A stretch of DNA of 64,000 nucleotides, taken from positions 138,933-202,932 of the forward strand of contig CAWBHC010000005.1 of assembly GCA_963788595.1 (NCBI GenBank), read 5' to 3'. How positions within the stretch are numbered: the stretch's first letter is position 1; each line of letters begins with the position of its first letter. This DNA comes from an uncultured Thermoleophilaceae bacterium (lineage in GTDB: Bacteria > Actinomycetota > Thermoleophilia > Solirubrobacterales > Thermoleophilaceae). The translations under genes were made by a program, and so were the position numbers. Below the pieces are notes generated by a model. It did not search any database. It was not told where the DNA came from and saw nothing but the letters and a program-made list of their open reading frames with translations. This document shows, piece by piece, positions 20,226 through 32,158 of this stretch.

Positions 20226-20817
20226 ATGAGCACCACTTCAGATCACTTCCCGACGGAGATCACAGGCCTTCCCGAGGCGGGCGCCCCCGCCCTGCCCCGA
20301 CTGCGGCATGAAGCTTCTGCCCGCGGCGCTCGTCGCCGATGCCGGGCACGAGCACGAGCACGAGCACCACGACCACCACGACCACGAAGGCCACGCCCAC
20401 AGCACCGCGGACGGGATCGAGTGGGAGGACGACATGGTCGAGGTCAACCGGATGACGACCCCGGCCAACATGCGCTGGAAGATCGTCGACCGCGAGACGG
20501 AGGCCGAGAACGCCGCGATCGACTGGCGCTTTCGCGTGGGCGACAGGGTCAAGATCCGCCTGCTGAACGAGATGGCCGGCGATCACCCGATGCACCACCC
20601 GTTCCACGTGCACGGCGCCGGCCGCTTCCTGGTCCTCAGCCGCGACGGCGTCGCTGAGCCCAGCCTCGTCTGGAAGGACACCGTGCTGGTGCGGACCGGT
20701 GAGACGGTCGACATCCTTCTCGACGTCACGAATCCCGGCCGCTGGATGGCCCACTGCCACATCGCAGAGCACCACGAGAGCGGCATGATGTTCAGCTTCG
20801 AGGTGGTGGCGAACTGA
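20226..20817 (+). CDS. Heavy-metal-binding motif plus His-rich linker plus single cupredoxin domain carrying multicopper-oxidase domain-3 ligands. Frame break about 20284-20288.
   Basis: Contains CPDCGMKLLP, GHEHEHEHHDHHDHEGHAH, HPMHHPFHVHG (HxxHxH) and HCHIAEHHESGMM (HCHxxxHxxxxM). Confidence 0.65.
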
Positions 20818-20852
20818 GCGAGCGCGGCGGCCCAACCCGCCGAGAACCGGGA

Positions 20853-21674
20853 CTAGGCCTCTACCCCGAACTCGTGCCGCAGCGCCTTGGATATCGGCCC
20901 GCCGGGCCGCTCGCGCGGCTCGCCGTCGAGCCACACGTCGACCTGCTCGTCCCAGAAAGCCACCAGCCCGCCGATCCCGGCGGCCCCCGGCAGCGGCTCC
21001 TCGTAGGTCCAGCCGAGGTCCTCGCGCCGCTCACCGCCGGCGTCGACCGACCAGTAGGACGCCTCGCCCTTGAAGGGACAGTACGTGCGCGTCGGGCTTG
21101 GCTCGAGCTCGAGACGGACGTCCTCGCGCGGTAGGTAGAAGCGCGTCGGCAGCTGGGTCTCGAACAGCAGGCGGGCCTGCGTCGTCTCCGCCAGCAGCTC
21201 GCCGTCCACCTCGATCCGGACCGGTCGTGCGCTCAAGCGGATGTCGACGCGATGGAACGGGTCGATCGGGTGGCCGAAGATCCGCTCGTCCTCCTCGTAC
21301 CACTCGTCGAAGGCGTCGAAGTCGAGCGCCACGTAGCCCCCGAGATCCTCGTCCGCGAGCCGGAAGCCCGCGGCCTCCCGGTCCTCTATCGACACCGGCT
21401 CGCCCGGCGCCGTGTGCACGGCGAAGGGGATGCCCGGGTGGAGGATGCCCGGCACCTCGCCGTTCGTCGCCGGCGCCGCCACCAGATCCGCTCGGATGTC
21501 TTCGGCCGGCACGGCGTAGGACGGCACGACCCGGCGCGGCTCCCAGACGAGCACGGTCCGCGTGCTGTCAACGACGGTCTGCGCGCCGAGGCGCGCCCGC
21601 ACCCGCCGCTCGATCGGCTCGTAGCGAAGCTCGCTGAGGGCCCGGTTCAACAGGACCTGCATCCGTGTGCTCAT
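20853..21674 (-). CDS. DUF427 domain protein (two DUF427 repeats)
   Basis: 273 aa: ...RFYLPREDV...TYCPFKGEASYWSV. Confidence 0.75.
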   Translation of the reverse strand: MSTRMQVLLNRALSELRYEPIERRVRARLGAQTVVDSTRTVLVWEPRRVVPSYAVPAEDIRADLVAAPATNGEVPGILHPGIPFAVHTAPGEPVSIEDREAAGFRLADEDLGGYVALDFDAFDEWYEEDERIFGHPIDPFHRVDIRLSARPVRIEVDGELLAETTQARLLFETQLPTRFYLPREDVRLELEPSPTRTYCPFKGEASYWSVDAGGERREDLGWTYEEPLPGAAGIGGLVAFWDEQVDVWLDGEPRERPGGPISKALRHEFGVEA

Positions 21675-21702
21675 CTCGAGGGAGACGTTACGCCGCCGGG
21701 GT

Positions 21703-22482
21703 CTATTCCCTAAATCTTGGCTCCACGGCCCTGCGCATGGTCTCGATGGGCGCCTCCCGGCCGGTCCAGAGCGTGAAGCTCCGGGCCCCCTGGCGGACCA
21801 GGAACTCGAGGCCGTCGATCACTCGCGCTCCGCGACCCTCCGCCCAGCGCACGAGCTCGGTCGGCTCGGGCCCGTAGACGAGATCGACCACGGTTGCCGC
21901 CTCGACGAGCGGCAGGGCGTCGAGCCCGCCGCCTCCCGCCAGCCCCACCGAGGTCGCGTTGACGAGCAGGTCGGTCGCCGCCGGCCGCTCTGCGTGGCTC
22001 ACTCCGAGCTCGTCGGCCAGCCTGGCGGCGCTCTCGGGCGTGCGATTCCAGACGCCGACCTCGGCTCCCGCCTCTTTCAGTGCCCAGACGGCCGCGCGCG
22101 CCGCGCCGCCCGCCCCGAGCACGAGCGCGCGCCCGGGCCGCTCCGGGCCGAGCGAGTCGATGAGGCCGCCGGCGTCGGTGTTGTGACCCGCGATGCGGCC
22201 GTCGCCGCCGAAGCTGAGCGTGTTCACCGCACCGATCGCGGCGGCCGCCTCGCTCAGCTCGTCCGCCAGCCCGCAGGCGGTGAGCTTGTGCGGGATCGTC
22301 ACGTTGGCGCCGCGGTAGCCCGAGCCCGGCAGCGCACGGACCGTCTCGGCGAACAGCTCGGGCGGCACCGGCAGGTGCAGGTAGCGCCAGTCGAGGCCGA
22401 GCTCGGCGAACGCCGCGTTCATCATCGCGGGCGAGCGGCTGTGGCCGACCGGGTAGCCGAGGACGCCGGCGAGCGCGCTCAA
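21703..22482 (-). CDS. aroE: Shikimate dehydrogenase
   Basis: 259 aa: LGYPVGHSRSPAMMNAAF...GANVTIPHK...AVNTL...GHNTDAGG...LVLGAGGAARA. TTG start overlapping the mltG stop. Confidence 0.9.
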   Translation of the reverse strand: MSALAGVLGYPVGHSRSPAMMNAAFAELGLDWRYLHLPVPPELFAETVRALPGSGYRGANVTIPHKLTACGLADELSEAAAAIGAVNTLSFGGDGRIAGHNTDAGGLIDSLGPERPGRALVLGAGGAARAAVWALKEAGAEVGVWNRTPESAARLADELGVSHAERPAATDLLVNATSVGLAGGGGLDALPLVEAATVVDLVYGPEPTELVRWAEGRGARVIDGLEFLVRQGARSFTLWTGREAPIETMRRAVEPRFRE

Positions 22483-23789
22483 CAGTTCGTGGGTGACTTG
22501 CCCCCGCGCTTGTCGCGGGCCGCGTTGTACTCGTCCACGTAGCGCTGGAACTCCGCGTCCGTCTTGGCGAACTTGTGACGGCCGTTTCCGCAGACGGCGG
22601 CCACGTAGAACAGATAGCCCGTCCGCGCCGGGTTGGCGGCCGCCCGGATCGATGCGAGCCCGGGATTGCCGATCGGCCCGGGCGGCAGGCCGCCGTGGAC
22701 ACGCGTGTTGTAGGGGCTCTGATTGGCGAGCTCCGACTGCTTGAGCGGCTCGGTCCAGTTGCCCGTGACGAAGCGCACCGTTGCATCGATGCCGAGGCTG
22801 ATGTCGTCGCGCAGCCGGTTGTAGATGACCGACGAGACGAGCCGGCGCTCCTTCGGCACCGCCGCCTCGCGCTCGATCAGCGATGCGATGACGAGGACGT
22901 CGTAGGAGGTCAGGTTCTTGCGCCGCGCGTAGCGCAGGTCGACCTTGGCGAAGTTGCGCTTGAAGGCCTCGAGCTGGGCGGTCACGAGCGCGCGTGCCGG
23001 GCGGCCCTTGCGCAGCTCATAGGTCGCCGGGAACAGGAAGCCCTCGAGGCTCGCACCGCGCGGGGCACCGTAGCGGCGCGGGCGAAGCTCCGGGTTGCGC
23101 CGGCTCGCGCGCATGTAGCCGCCGCGCAGCGGCGACCTCCTCACGATCGGGGCGATCTCGCGGCGCGAGAGGCCCTCGGGCACGGAGACGAGGGTCACGT
23201 TCGGCGGCACGCCCTTCTCGAGCGCGTCGAGCGCCGCCGTGAAGCTCATGTCCTCGCGCAGCCGGTACGAGCCCGGCTTGAGATCGCCGCTGCGCCCCTC
23301 GATGCGCGCACGCACCTCGAAGAAGCCCGCGCTCGCGACCACTCCGCGCTCCTCGAGGACCTGCGCGATGTCGCCGAGCGTCGCCCCCTGGGGGATGCGG
23401 ACCAGGACGGGCGGGCCCTCGGCGTCGCCCTTGAACGGCTGGAAGAGCGACACGAGCAGCCAGGCGGCCCCCGCGAGCGCCGCCAGCGCGATGACCGCGG
23501 CGACGATGCGGCCCCAGCGCGGCCCGGAGCGGCCGCCCTGCCCGCCGCGAGGCGGGCGAGCACCCCCGCCGCCGCGTTCGTCGTAGGGAAGCTCGTCGCG
23601 CGTCAGGCGCTCCGCCTCGCCCAGCCAGTCGTCGTCTGGCCGGTGGTCGCTCGGTGGGGGCGGCGCGGGGGTCATCACCGCCGGGGCGGCGTCGTCCTCG
23701 CCGGCGCGGCGCGCCTCGCGCTCACGGCGTGCGGCCTCCCTGTCCTCGGGTGAACGTCCGCCCGGGACGGGCGGCGGGCCGGAGCTCAC
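22479..23789 (-). CDS. mltG: Endolytic murein transglycosylase MltG (YceG-like)
   Basis: Disordered N-terminus, one TM, then YceG motifs: ASLIEREA...VIYNRL...LGIDATV...YNTRVHGGLPPGPIGNPG. The GTG start overlaps the ruvX stop as GTGA. Confidence 0.85.
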   Translation of the reverse strand: MSSGPPPVPGGRSPEDREAARREREARRAGEDDAAPAVMTPAPPPPSDHRPDDDWLGEAERLTRDELPYDERGGGGARPPRGGQGGRSGPRWGRIVAAVIALAALAGAAWLLVSLFQPFKGDAEGPPVLVRIPQGATLGDIAQVLEERGVVASAGFFEVRARIEGRSGDLKPGSYRLREDMSFTAALDALEKGVPPNVTLVSVPEGLSRREIAPIVRRSPLRGGYMRASRRNPELRPRRYGAPRGASLEGFLFPATYELRKGRPARALVTAQLEAFKRNFAKVDLRYARRKNLTSYDVLVIASLIEREAAVPKERRLVSSVIYNRLRDDISLGIDATVRFVTGNWTEPLKQSELANQSPYNTRVHGGLPPGPIGNPGLASIRAAANPARTGYLFYVAAVCGNGRHKFAKTDAEFQRYVDEYNAARDKRGGKSPTNC

Positions 23790-24184
23790 TCGGGGGCGCC
23801 GGCTCCCGCACGGGCCAGGTAGCTCTCGAGCAGGTGCGCCGCGGCGCGTGAGTCCGCGTCGCCCCGCCCGCCGGTGCGCTCGGCAAGCCGCGTCGTCATG
23901 CGCTCGTCGTGAAGCTCCACCGGCACCGACACTCTCCGCTCGAGCCGCTCGGCAAACGTGCGCGCCTGGTCCGCCTGGTGTCCCTCGTCCCCGCTCAGGG
24001 TCAGCGGCAGGCCGACCACGATCCGCTCCGCGCCGGTCTCCTGCGCGAGCCGCGCAACGCCGGCGAGCCCCCTCTTGGTGTCGGGCCGCTCGACCGCCTC
24101 GAGCGGCGTCGCAAGCGTGCCCGACGGGTCCGAGATTGCGCAGCCGCAGCGGGCGGACCCGTGATCGAGCGCGAGCACGCGCAT
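23786..24184 (-). CDS. ruvX: Holliday junction resolvase-like nuclease RuvX/YqgF
   Basis: 132 aa: MRVLALDHGSARCGCAISDPSG...IVVGLPLTLSG...DERMTT. Confidence 0.9.
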   Translation of the reverse strand: MRVLALDHGSARCGCAISDPSGTLATPLEAVERPDTKRGLAGVARLAQETGAERIVVGLPLTLSGDEGHQADQARTFAERLERRVSVPVELHDERMTTRLAERTGGRGDADSRAAAHLLESYLARAGAGAPE

Positions 24185-26826
24185 CAGCCGAGCGCCCTCT
24201 CGATCTCGAGCTTCGCGGTCGCGAGCGCCTCGGGCAGCTTCTCCGGGTCGCGTCCCCCGGCCTGGGCCATCGTGTCGCGCCCACCCCCGCCGCCGCCGGC
24301 GACCTGTGCCGCTGCGCGGATCACGTCGCCGGCCTTGACGCCCCGCTCGACCACCTCGGGAGCGACGTTCGCGACCAGGTGCACGCGCCCGTCGAGCACG
24401 CAGCCGAGCACGACGGCCGACTCGCCGAGCTTCTGGCGCAGCGCGTCCGAGAGGTCGAGCAGCTCCTTCGCCTGCATGCCCTCGACAGACTGGACCACGA
24501 CCCGGACGCCCGCGATGTCCTCGGCGGTCCCGAGGAGCTCGTCGGCGGCTGCGCGACCCTCGCCCGCCTTCGGCCGCTTCTGCAGCTCCTTGACCCGCTC
24601 GCCGAGGCGCTCGACGGCGTGCACCACGTCGCTCTCGGGCACGCGCAGCAGCGCCGCGAGCTCGTCCAGCCGCTCGCTGCGCTCCCGGAAGAGCTCCGCG
24701 GCAGCCGCCCCGGTGACCGCCTCGATGCGGCGCACGTTCGAGGCGCTCGAGGTCTCCGCCGTCACGTGGAACAGCCCGATCTCGGCGGTGGCGGCCACGT
24801 GCGTCCCGCCGCACAGCTCGCGAGAGACGTCCTCGATCTCGACCATCCGCACCCAGTCGCCGTACTTCTCGCCGAACAGCGCCATCGCACCCAGGGCCTC
24901 GGCCTCCGTGCGCGTCGTCTCGATCGCGTGCACGTGATGATTCCCGGCGAGCCAGGCGCCGACCCTGCTCTCGACGTCGCGCAGCTCCTCGGGGCTGAGC
25001 CGCTCGCCGTGGGTGAAGTCGAAGCGCAGCTTGTCGGGCCCGACGTAGGAGCCGGCCTGGCGCACGTGGGTGCCGAGCCGCTCTCGCAGAGCCGCGTGCA
25101 GCAGGTGTGTCGCGGTGTGGTTGCGCATCGTCGCGAGCCGCGTGTTCCGCTCGACCGTCGCGCGCACGCTCTCTCCCGCCCCAAGCTCGCCCTCGAGCGG
25201 CTCGAGCGCGAGCGCCTGGTCGTCGCCGAGCCGGTACACGTCGACCACGCGGGCGCGGCCCGAGGGCGTCTCCACCATCCCCGTGTCCGACACCTGGCCG
25301 CCGCCCTCGGGGTAGAAGGGGCTCTCCTCGAGCTTGGCGAGGAGCCAGCCGTTCGCGCCCTCGGCGACGCGCAGGACGGTCTCGGCCTCGGTCGACTCGT
25401 AACCGACGAAGCGCGTACGGAAGTTGGCCTCCTTCGCGAAGCGCAGGACGTGCTCGTGGTCGAGGTGCACCGGCCCGGCGGCCTCGGCACGCGCGCGGGT
25501 GCGCGAGCTCGAGCCCGCGCGCGACACCTCGCGCGCCCTCTCCATCAGCTCCTCGAAGCCCTGGTCGTCGACGGCAAGACCCTCCTCGGCGAGCAGCTCC
25601 TTCGTCATCTCGTAGGGGAAGCCGTAGGTGTCGTGGAGCCGGAAGGCGTCCTCGGCCGACACCCACGACGTGTTGTCCGCCTTCGCGCGCTCGACGAGCT
25701 CGGCCAGCAGCCGCTCCCCCTGCGCGAGCGTGTGGCCGAAGCTCTCCTCCTCGGCGCGCGCCCAGCGCTCGATCGTGGGCCACTCGGTCTTCAGCTCGGG
25801 ATAGGCGTCACCCATGACCTCGACCGTCGTCTCGTAGAGCCCGGGCAGGAACGCCTGCTCGAGGCCGAGCGCGTGGCCCTGCTGCATGGTCCGGCGCATG
25901 ATCCGCCGCAGGATGTAGCCGCGATCCTCGTTCGACGGCACCACCCCGTCCGCGAGCAGGAAGGCGGCCGCGCGGCCGTGGTCGGCCAGGATCCGCAGCG
26001 CCCGCGTCGTGGGCTCGTCCTGTCCGTAGCTGCGGCCGCTGAGCTCCTCGCCCAGGTGGACCAGCGGCAGGAAGTGGTCGGTTTCGAAGACCGACTCGAC
26101 GTCCTGGAGGATCGCCGCCATGCGGTCGAGCCCCATGCCCGTGTCGATGCTCTGCGCCGGCAGCTCCGGCAGCGCGCCGTCGGGCCGCAGCTCGTACTGC
26201 ATGAAGACGAGGTTCCAGAACTCGAGGAAGCGCTCGGTGTCGTCCCCGGGCCGGTCCGTGTCGGCGCCGAAGGCGGGGCCGCGGTCGAGGTAGAGCTCGG
26301 AGCAGGGACCGCACGGCCCGGTGGGGCCCGACTGCCAGAAGTTGTCGTCGCGGCCGAGCAGCACGATCCGATCGTCGGGCACGCCGATCGAGCGCCAGCA
26401 GGCGATCGCCTCGTTGTCGGGGCCGAGCCCGAGCTCGTCGTCGCCGCCGAAGACCGTGATCCAGATGTCCTCCTCGGCGAAGCGGAAGCCCTGCGTGACG
26501 AGCTCGAGGGCGAACTCGACGGCGCCCTCCTTGAAGTAGTCGCCGATCGAGAAGTTGCCGAGCATCTCGAAGAAGGTGAGATGCCGGTGAGTCAGGCCGA
26601 CGTTCTCGATGTCGGTCGTCCGGAACGACTTCTGGCATGAGGCCAGCCGTTTCGAGGGCGGCTCCTCCTCGCCGCTGAAGTAGGGCTTGAAGGGCTGCAT
26701 GCCGGCGGTCGTGAGCAGGACCGACGGGTCGTACGAGGACGGCACGAGCGACGCCGAGGGCATGCGCAGATGGCCGCGCTCCTCGAAGAACGACAGGAAC
26801 AGCTCCCGGATCTCGGCAGCTCTCAT
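24184..26826 (-). CDS. alaS: Alanine--tRNA ligase
   Basis: Intact 880-aa ORF: MRAAEIRELFLSFFEERGH...; editing-domain HTATHLLH; C-terminal DHHA1. Confidence 0.95.
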   Translation of the reverse strand: MRAAEIRELFLSFFEERGHLRMPSASLVPSSYDPSVLLTTAGMQPFKPYFSGEEEPPSKRLASCQKSFRTTDIENVGLTHRHLTFFEMLGNFSIGDYFKEGAVEFALELVTQGFRFAEEDIWITVFGGDDELGLGPDNEAIACWRSIGVPDDRIVLLGRDDNFWQSGPTGPCGPCSELYLDRGPAFGADTDRPGDDTERFLEFWNLVFMQYELRPDGALPELPAQSIDTGMGLDRMAAILQDVESVFETDHFLPLVHLGEELSGRSYGQDEPTTRALRILADHGRAAAFLLADGVVPSNEDRGYILRRIMRRTMQQGHALGLEQAFLPGLYETTVEVMGDAYPELKTEWPTIERWARAEEESFGHTLAQGERLLAELVERAKADNTSWVSAEDAFRLHDTYGFPYEMTKELLAEEGLAVDDQGFEELMERAREVSRAGSSSRTRARAEAAGPVHLDHEHVLRFAKEANFRTRFVGYESTEAETVLRVAEGANGWLLAKLEESPFYPEGGGQVSDTGMVETPSGRARVVDVYRLGDDQALALEPLEGELGAGESVRATVERNTRLATMRNHTATHLLHAALRERLGTHVRQAGSYVGPDKLRFDFTHGERLSPEELRDVESRVGAWLAGNHHVHAIETTRTEAEALGAMALFGEKYGDWVRMVEIEDVSRELCGGTHVAATAEIGLFHVTAETSSASNVRRIEAVTGAAAAELFRERSERLDELAALLRVPESDVVHAVERLGERVKELQKRPKAGEGRAAADELLGTAEDIAGVRVVVQSVEGMQAKELLDLSDALRQKLGESAVVLGCVLDGRVHLVANVAPEVVERGVKAGDVIRAAAQVAGGGGGGRDTMAQAGGRDPEKLPEALATAKLEIERALG

Positions 26827-26949
26827 AGCCCCCGGAGTCTAAGGACCGTTCCGCAGCGAGCGTTTGCCGACGACGGTCGCAAAGCCTGCAATCCACGCGC
26901 AGTTCGCGCGAAGGCTGCAGGACCGCATGGAGGTTTCCGCGCTCAACCG

Positions 26950-28386
26950 ATGCAATTGCGGCGCTGTCCCTCTGGACGGACGAGCGGCCATGACGATTGG
27001 CTGGTGACGCTGGCCGAGCAGCTGGTCGGGGAGGCTCGTGCGCGCCATCCCCGCGGAATGAACGCGCGCGAGCGCACCGTGCTCGGCGTCTCCGCCGGCC
27101 TGTTCCTGGTCGCGGCCATCGTCATCGCCGTCCTTGTTCCCTCCGAGCGCGACGTGCCGCCGCTGCTCGTCGTCGGCCTCGTGGCGGGCTACGCCGTCAT
27201 ATCGCGCGTGCGCTTCGAGTTCGGCAACTGGTTCGTGGTCCCCGAGCCGCTCGTATTCGTCCCGCTCGTCCTGCTCGCGCCGCTCCCCTACGTGCCGTTG
27301 CTTGTGGCGCTCGCCTCGGTGCTCTCGGTGCTTCCCGAGCTCATCAACGGAAGCTGGCACCGTGAGCGGGCGATCACCTGCCTGAGCGACTGCTGGTTCT
27401 CGATCGGCCCGGTGCTCGTGCTCGCCTGGCTCGCGCCCGGCGAGGTCACGCTCGCGCACATCGGCGCGTACGTCGCCGCGCTCGGCGCCCAGTTCGCCTT
27501 CGACCTGGGTTGGACGCTGCTGCGCGACCGCCTCGTCGACGACATCCCCTACCGCACGATCATGGAGGGCTACGCAGGCACGTTCCGCTTCGACGCGATC
27601 CTCGCGCCGATCGCCTTCGTGATCACCCTGCCGGCGGTCGATGAGCCGCTCGTCCTGCTCACGATCGCCCCACTCGTATGGCTGCTCGAGATCCTCTCGC
27701 GCGACCGGCGCGAACGCTACACGGCGACGCTCGAGCTCCAGCGTGCCTACCGCGGGACGGTGATGCTCCTGGCGGACGTCGTCGAGTTCGAGGACAAGTA
27801 CACGGCCGACCACTCGCGCTCCGTCGTCGACCTCGTGCACTCCACGGCCGACGAGCTCGGCATCGAGCCCGCGCAGCGCCAGGAGCTCGAGTTCGCCGCG
27901 CTGCTGCACGACGTCGGCAAGATCACGATCCCGAAGGAGATCCTCAACAAGCCCGCCGCCCTCACCGCGAGCGAGTTCGAGGTGATGAAGACGCACACGA
28001 TCGAAGGCCAGTTCATGCTCGACCGCGTCGGCGGCCTGCTCGCCCGCGTGGGCGAGATCGTGCGCTCCTGTCACGAGCGCTGGGACGGCAGCGGCTACCC
28101 GGACGGCCTCCGGGGCGACGACATCCCGCTCGAGTCGCGCATCGTGTTCGCCGCAGACGCGTACAACGCCATGACGACCGACCGCTCCTACCGAAGCGCA
28201 CTCTCCCGCGACGATGCCGTGCTCGAGCTACGCGCCGGCTCGGGCAGCCAGTTCGATCCGCGCGTCGTCGAGGCGCTGTGCGTGGCGATCGCCACGACCG
28301 AGCCCGTCAGCAGGTCCGCCGCCGAGGAGGTCCGGGCGCTGCTCGTGCAGAGCTCAGCGGCCGAGCGGCTCGGCGCTCGCGCCTGA
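26950..28386 (+). CDS. HD-GYP domain phosphodiesterase with multi-TM N-terminal domain
   Basis: HSRSVVDL...AALLHDVGKITIP...HERWDGSGYPDGL. About 6-7 predicted TM helices lie N-terminal. Start is either 26950 or 27058. Confidence 0.8.
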   Translation: MQLRRCPSGRTSGHDDWLVTLAEQLVGEARARHPRGMNARERTVLGVSAGLFLVAAIVIAVLVPSERDVPPLLVVGLVAGYAVISRVRFEFGNWFVVPEPLVFVPLVLLAPLPYVPLLVALASVLSVLPELINGSWHRERAITCLSDCWFSIGPVLVLAWLAPGEVTLAHIGAYVAALGAQFAFDLGWTLLRDRLVDDIPYRTIMEGYAGTFRFDAILAPIAFVITLPAVDEPLVLLTIAPLVWLLEILSRDRRERYTATLELQRAYRGTVMLLADVVEFEDKYTADHSRSVVDLVHSTADELGIEPAQRQELEFAALLHDVGKITIPKEILNKPAALTASEFEVMKTHTIEGQFMLDRVGGLLARVGEIVRSCHERWDGSGYPDGLRGDDIPLESRIVFAADAYNAMTTDRSYRSALSRDDAVLELRAGSGSQFDPRVVEALCVAIATTEPVSRSAAEEVRALLVQSSAAERLGARA

Positions 28387-29611
28387 CGGCGCTCGCTCCG
28401 CTCCCGGCTCAGCCTGCTCGAGCGCGTCCCTGAGCGCGTAGACCGAGACGAGCCAGGCGCCGAAGGTGCCGATCCCGGCCGCGATCATCAGCTCGCGCAC
28501 GCCGAGCAGCGAGACCAGGGCACCGGCGCAGATGAAGGCGGTCCCGAAGGCCCAGGCGGTCAGCGCGTCCTTGACTCCGAAGACTCGCCCGGCGAGCCGG
28601 TCCGGCACGAACGCCTGGATGATCTGCCGCTCGTAGACGAGCAGCATGCCGTTGCCGAGACCCGCGATCGCGAATGCGACCAGCGCGGCGGCGTAGCCCG
28701 GCGCCGCGCCAGAGATCAGGAAGCCGGCCCCCATCACCAGCAGGCCGAGCTGGTAGCGGGCCTTGAGCACGCTCGGGCTGCCTCCGCGCGCTCCGCTGAG
28801 CGACCCGGCGATGAACCCCACGCCGAACACCGTGGCGAGCACGGCATAGCCGACGTCGGTGCTGCCCAGGACGTCCTCGGCAAACGGAAGCTCCGCCACG
28901 TTGAACACACCCGCGAAGAAGAGCGCGCCCGCCGAGACCCCGAGCACGACCCTGATGCCCGTCATCCCGACCGTGGCGGCAAGCCCCTCACGCGCCTCCG
29001 CGAAGATCGAGGGCCGGCGCGGGTCCGCGCTGACCGGCGTCTCCCCGAAGGACAGCCGGGTCAGCACGAGGGCCGAGATGCCGAAGGTCACGCCGTTGGC
29101 GATGGTGAGGCTCTCGGGGCTGCTGAACACGAGCACGGCCGCGGCGATCGCGGGCCCGGCCGTGAAGCCGAGGTCGGCGATCGCGCCGTAGACCGAGGTC
29201 GCCGCGGGCAGGCGCCGCGGCTCCACGAGGCCGGGCAGCGAGGCGAGGGCGGCCGGCGCATAGAGACCCGTGCCGCAGCCCGCCACGAGCGCGAAGCGCG
29301 AGGGTCAGCTCGATGCTGCCCGCCAGGCCAATGCCGACGAACGCGCCGAGGCGCAGGACGTCCGCGACGATCATGCAGCTGCGCCGCGACCAGCGGTCGG
29401 CCGCGGCGCCGAAGAGCGGCCCGAAGAGCATCGCCGGAAGCAGGTCGGCGAGCAGCACGAGCGTGATCGCCCACGGCGAGTGCCAGCGGTCGAAGGCGAT
29501 CAGGAGGAGGGCGACGTAGCCCGCGCCGTTCCCGAGCGCGGACTGGGCCAGCGCGGCAAAGAACCAGCGAGCACGCCTCTCTTTCGAGAAGAGGTCGATC
29601 AACTCGCGCAA
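28354..29611 (-). CDS. MFS transporter. Frame break near 29285-29300.
   Basis: TTG start, [33 protein letters not shown]...[11 protein letters not shown], then a 310-aa polytopic C-terminal ORF. Confidence 0.75.
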
Positions 29612-29911
29612 GGTCGTCCCAGCCTAGTCGGACCGGGCCCTGCCCTGAATAGGGAACCGTGCAGGGCACGGTCTGAGCGTTGAAGAACTAGCCGCGACGC
29701 GTGGGCATTGAGGGTTCCCTTCCTCCCGCTTGCCTGGGCCGACGGACCCAGTCGTTTAGTCACCAGCACGGAATGCGACCCTGGACTCAATCGAGTCAGC
29801 GGAAACTGTGGCGGCAAAAGGTGTTTTTGCGAAAGCTTTTGCGGCAAATCTCCGCAGAACCCGTGCAGTCGGCCCGGATCCCGGCCGGTGCAGCGCACCG
29901 GCGAGGCGTGT

Positions 29912-32154
<2,243 letters not shown>

Positions 32155-32158
<4 letters not shown>

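Noticed and set aside
20341-20400. His-codon hexanucleotide and nonanucleotide repeats as a phase-variation switch
   Set aside because: The repeat units are multiples of 3, so length changes would keep the frame. At most they would modulate the His-tract length, not switch the gene on or off.
23848-26640. 930-aa ORF antisense to alaS
   Set aside because: It is the mirror frame of an intact, strongly conserved alaS and has no recognisable motifs. The same reasoning applies to 42883-45543 (antisense to LacI/ALDH), 45426-47234 (antisense to GMC), 47838-49787 (antisense to aspS) and 15903-18020 (antisense to MMPL).
26827-27000. Possible T-box leader upstream of alaS
   Set aside because: Reading the minus strand, I found only modest hairpins and no T-box (GGTGGNACCGCG-like) or specifier-loop pattern.
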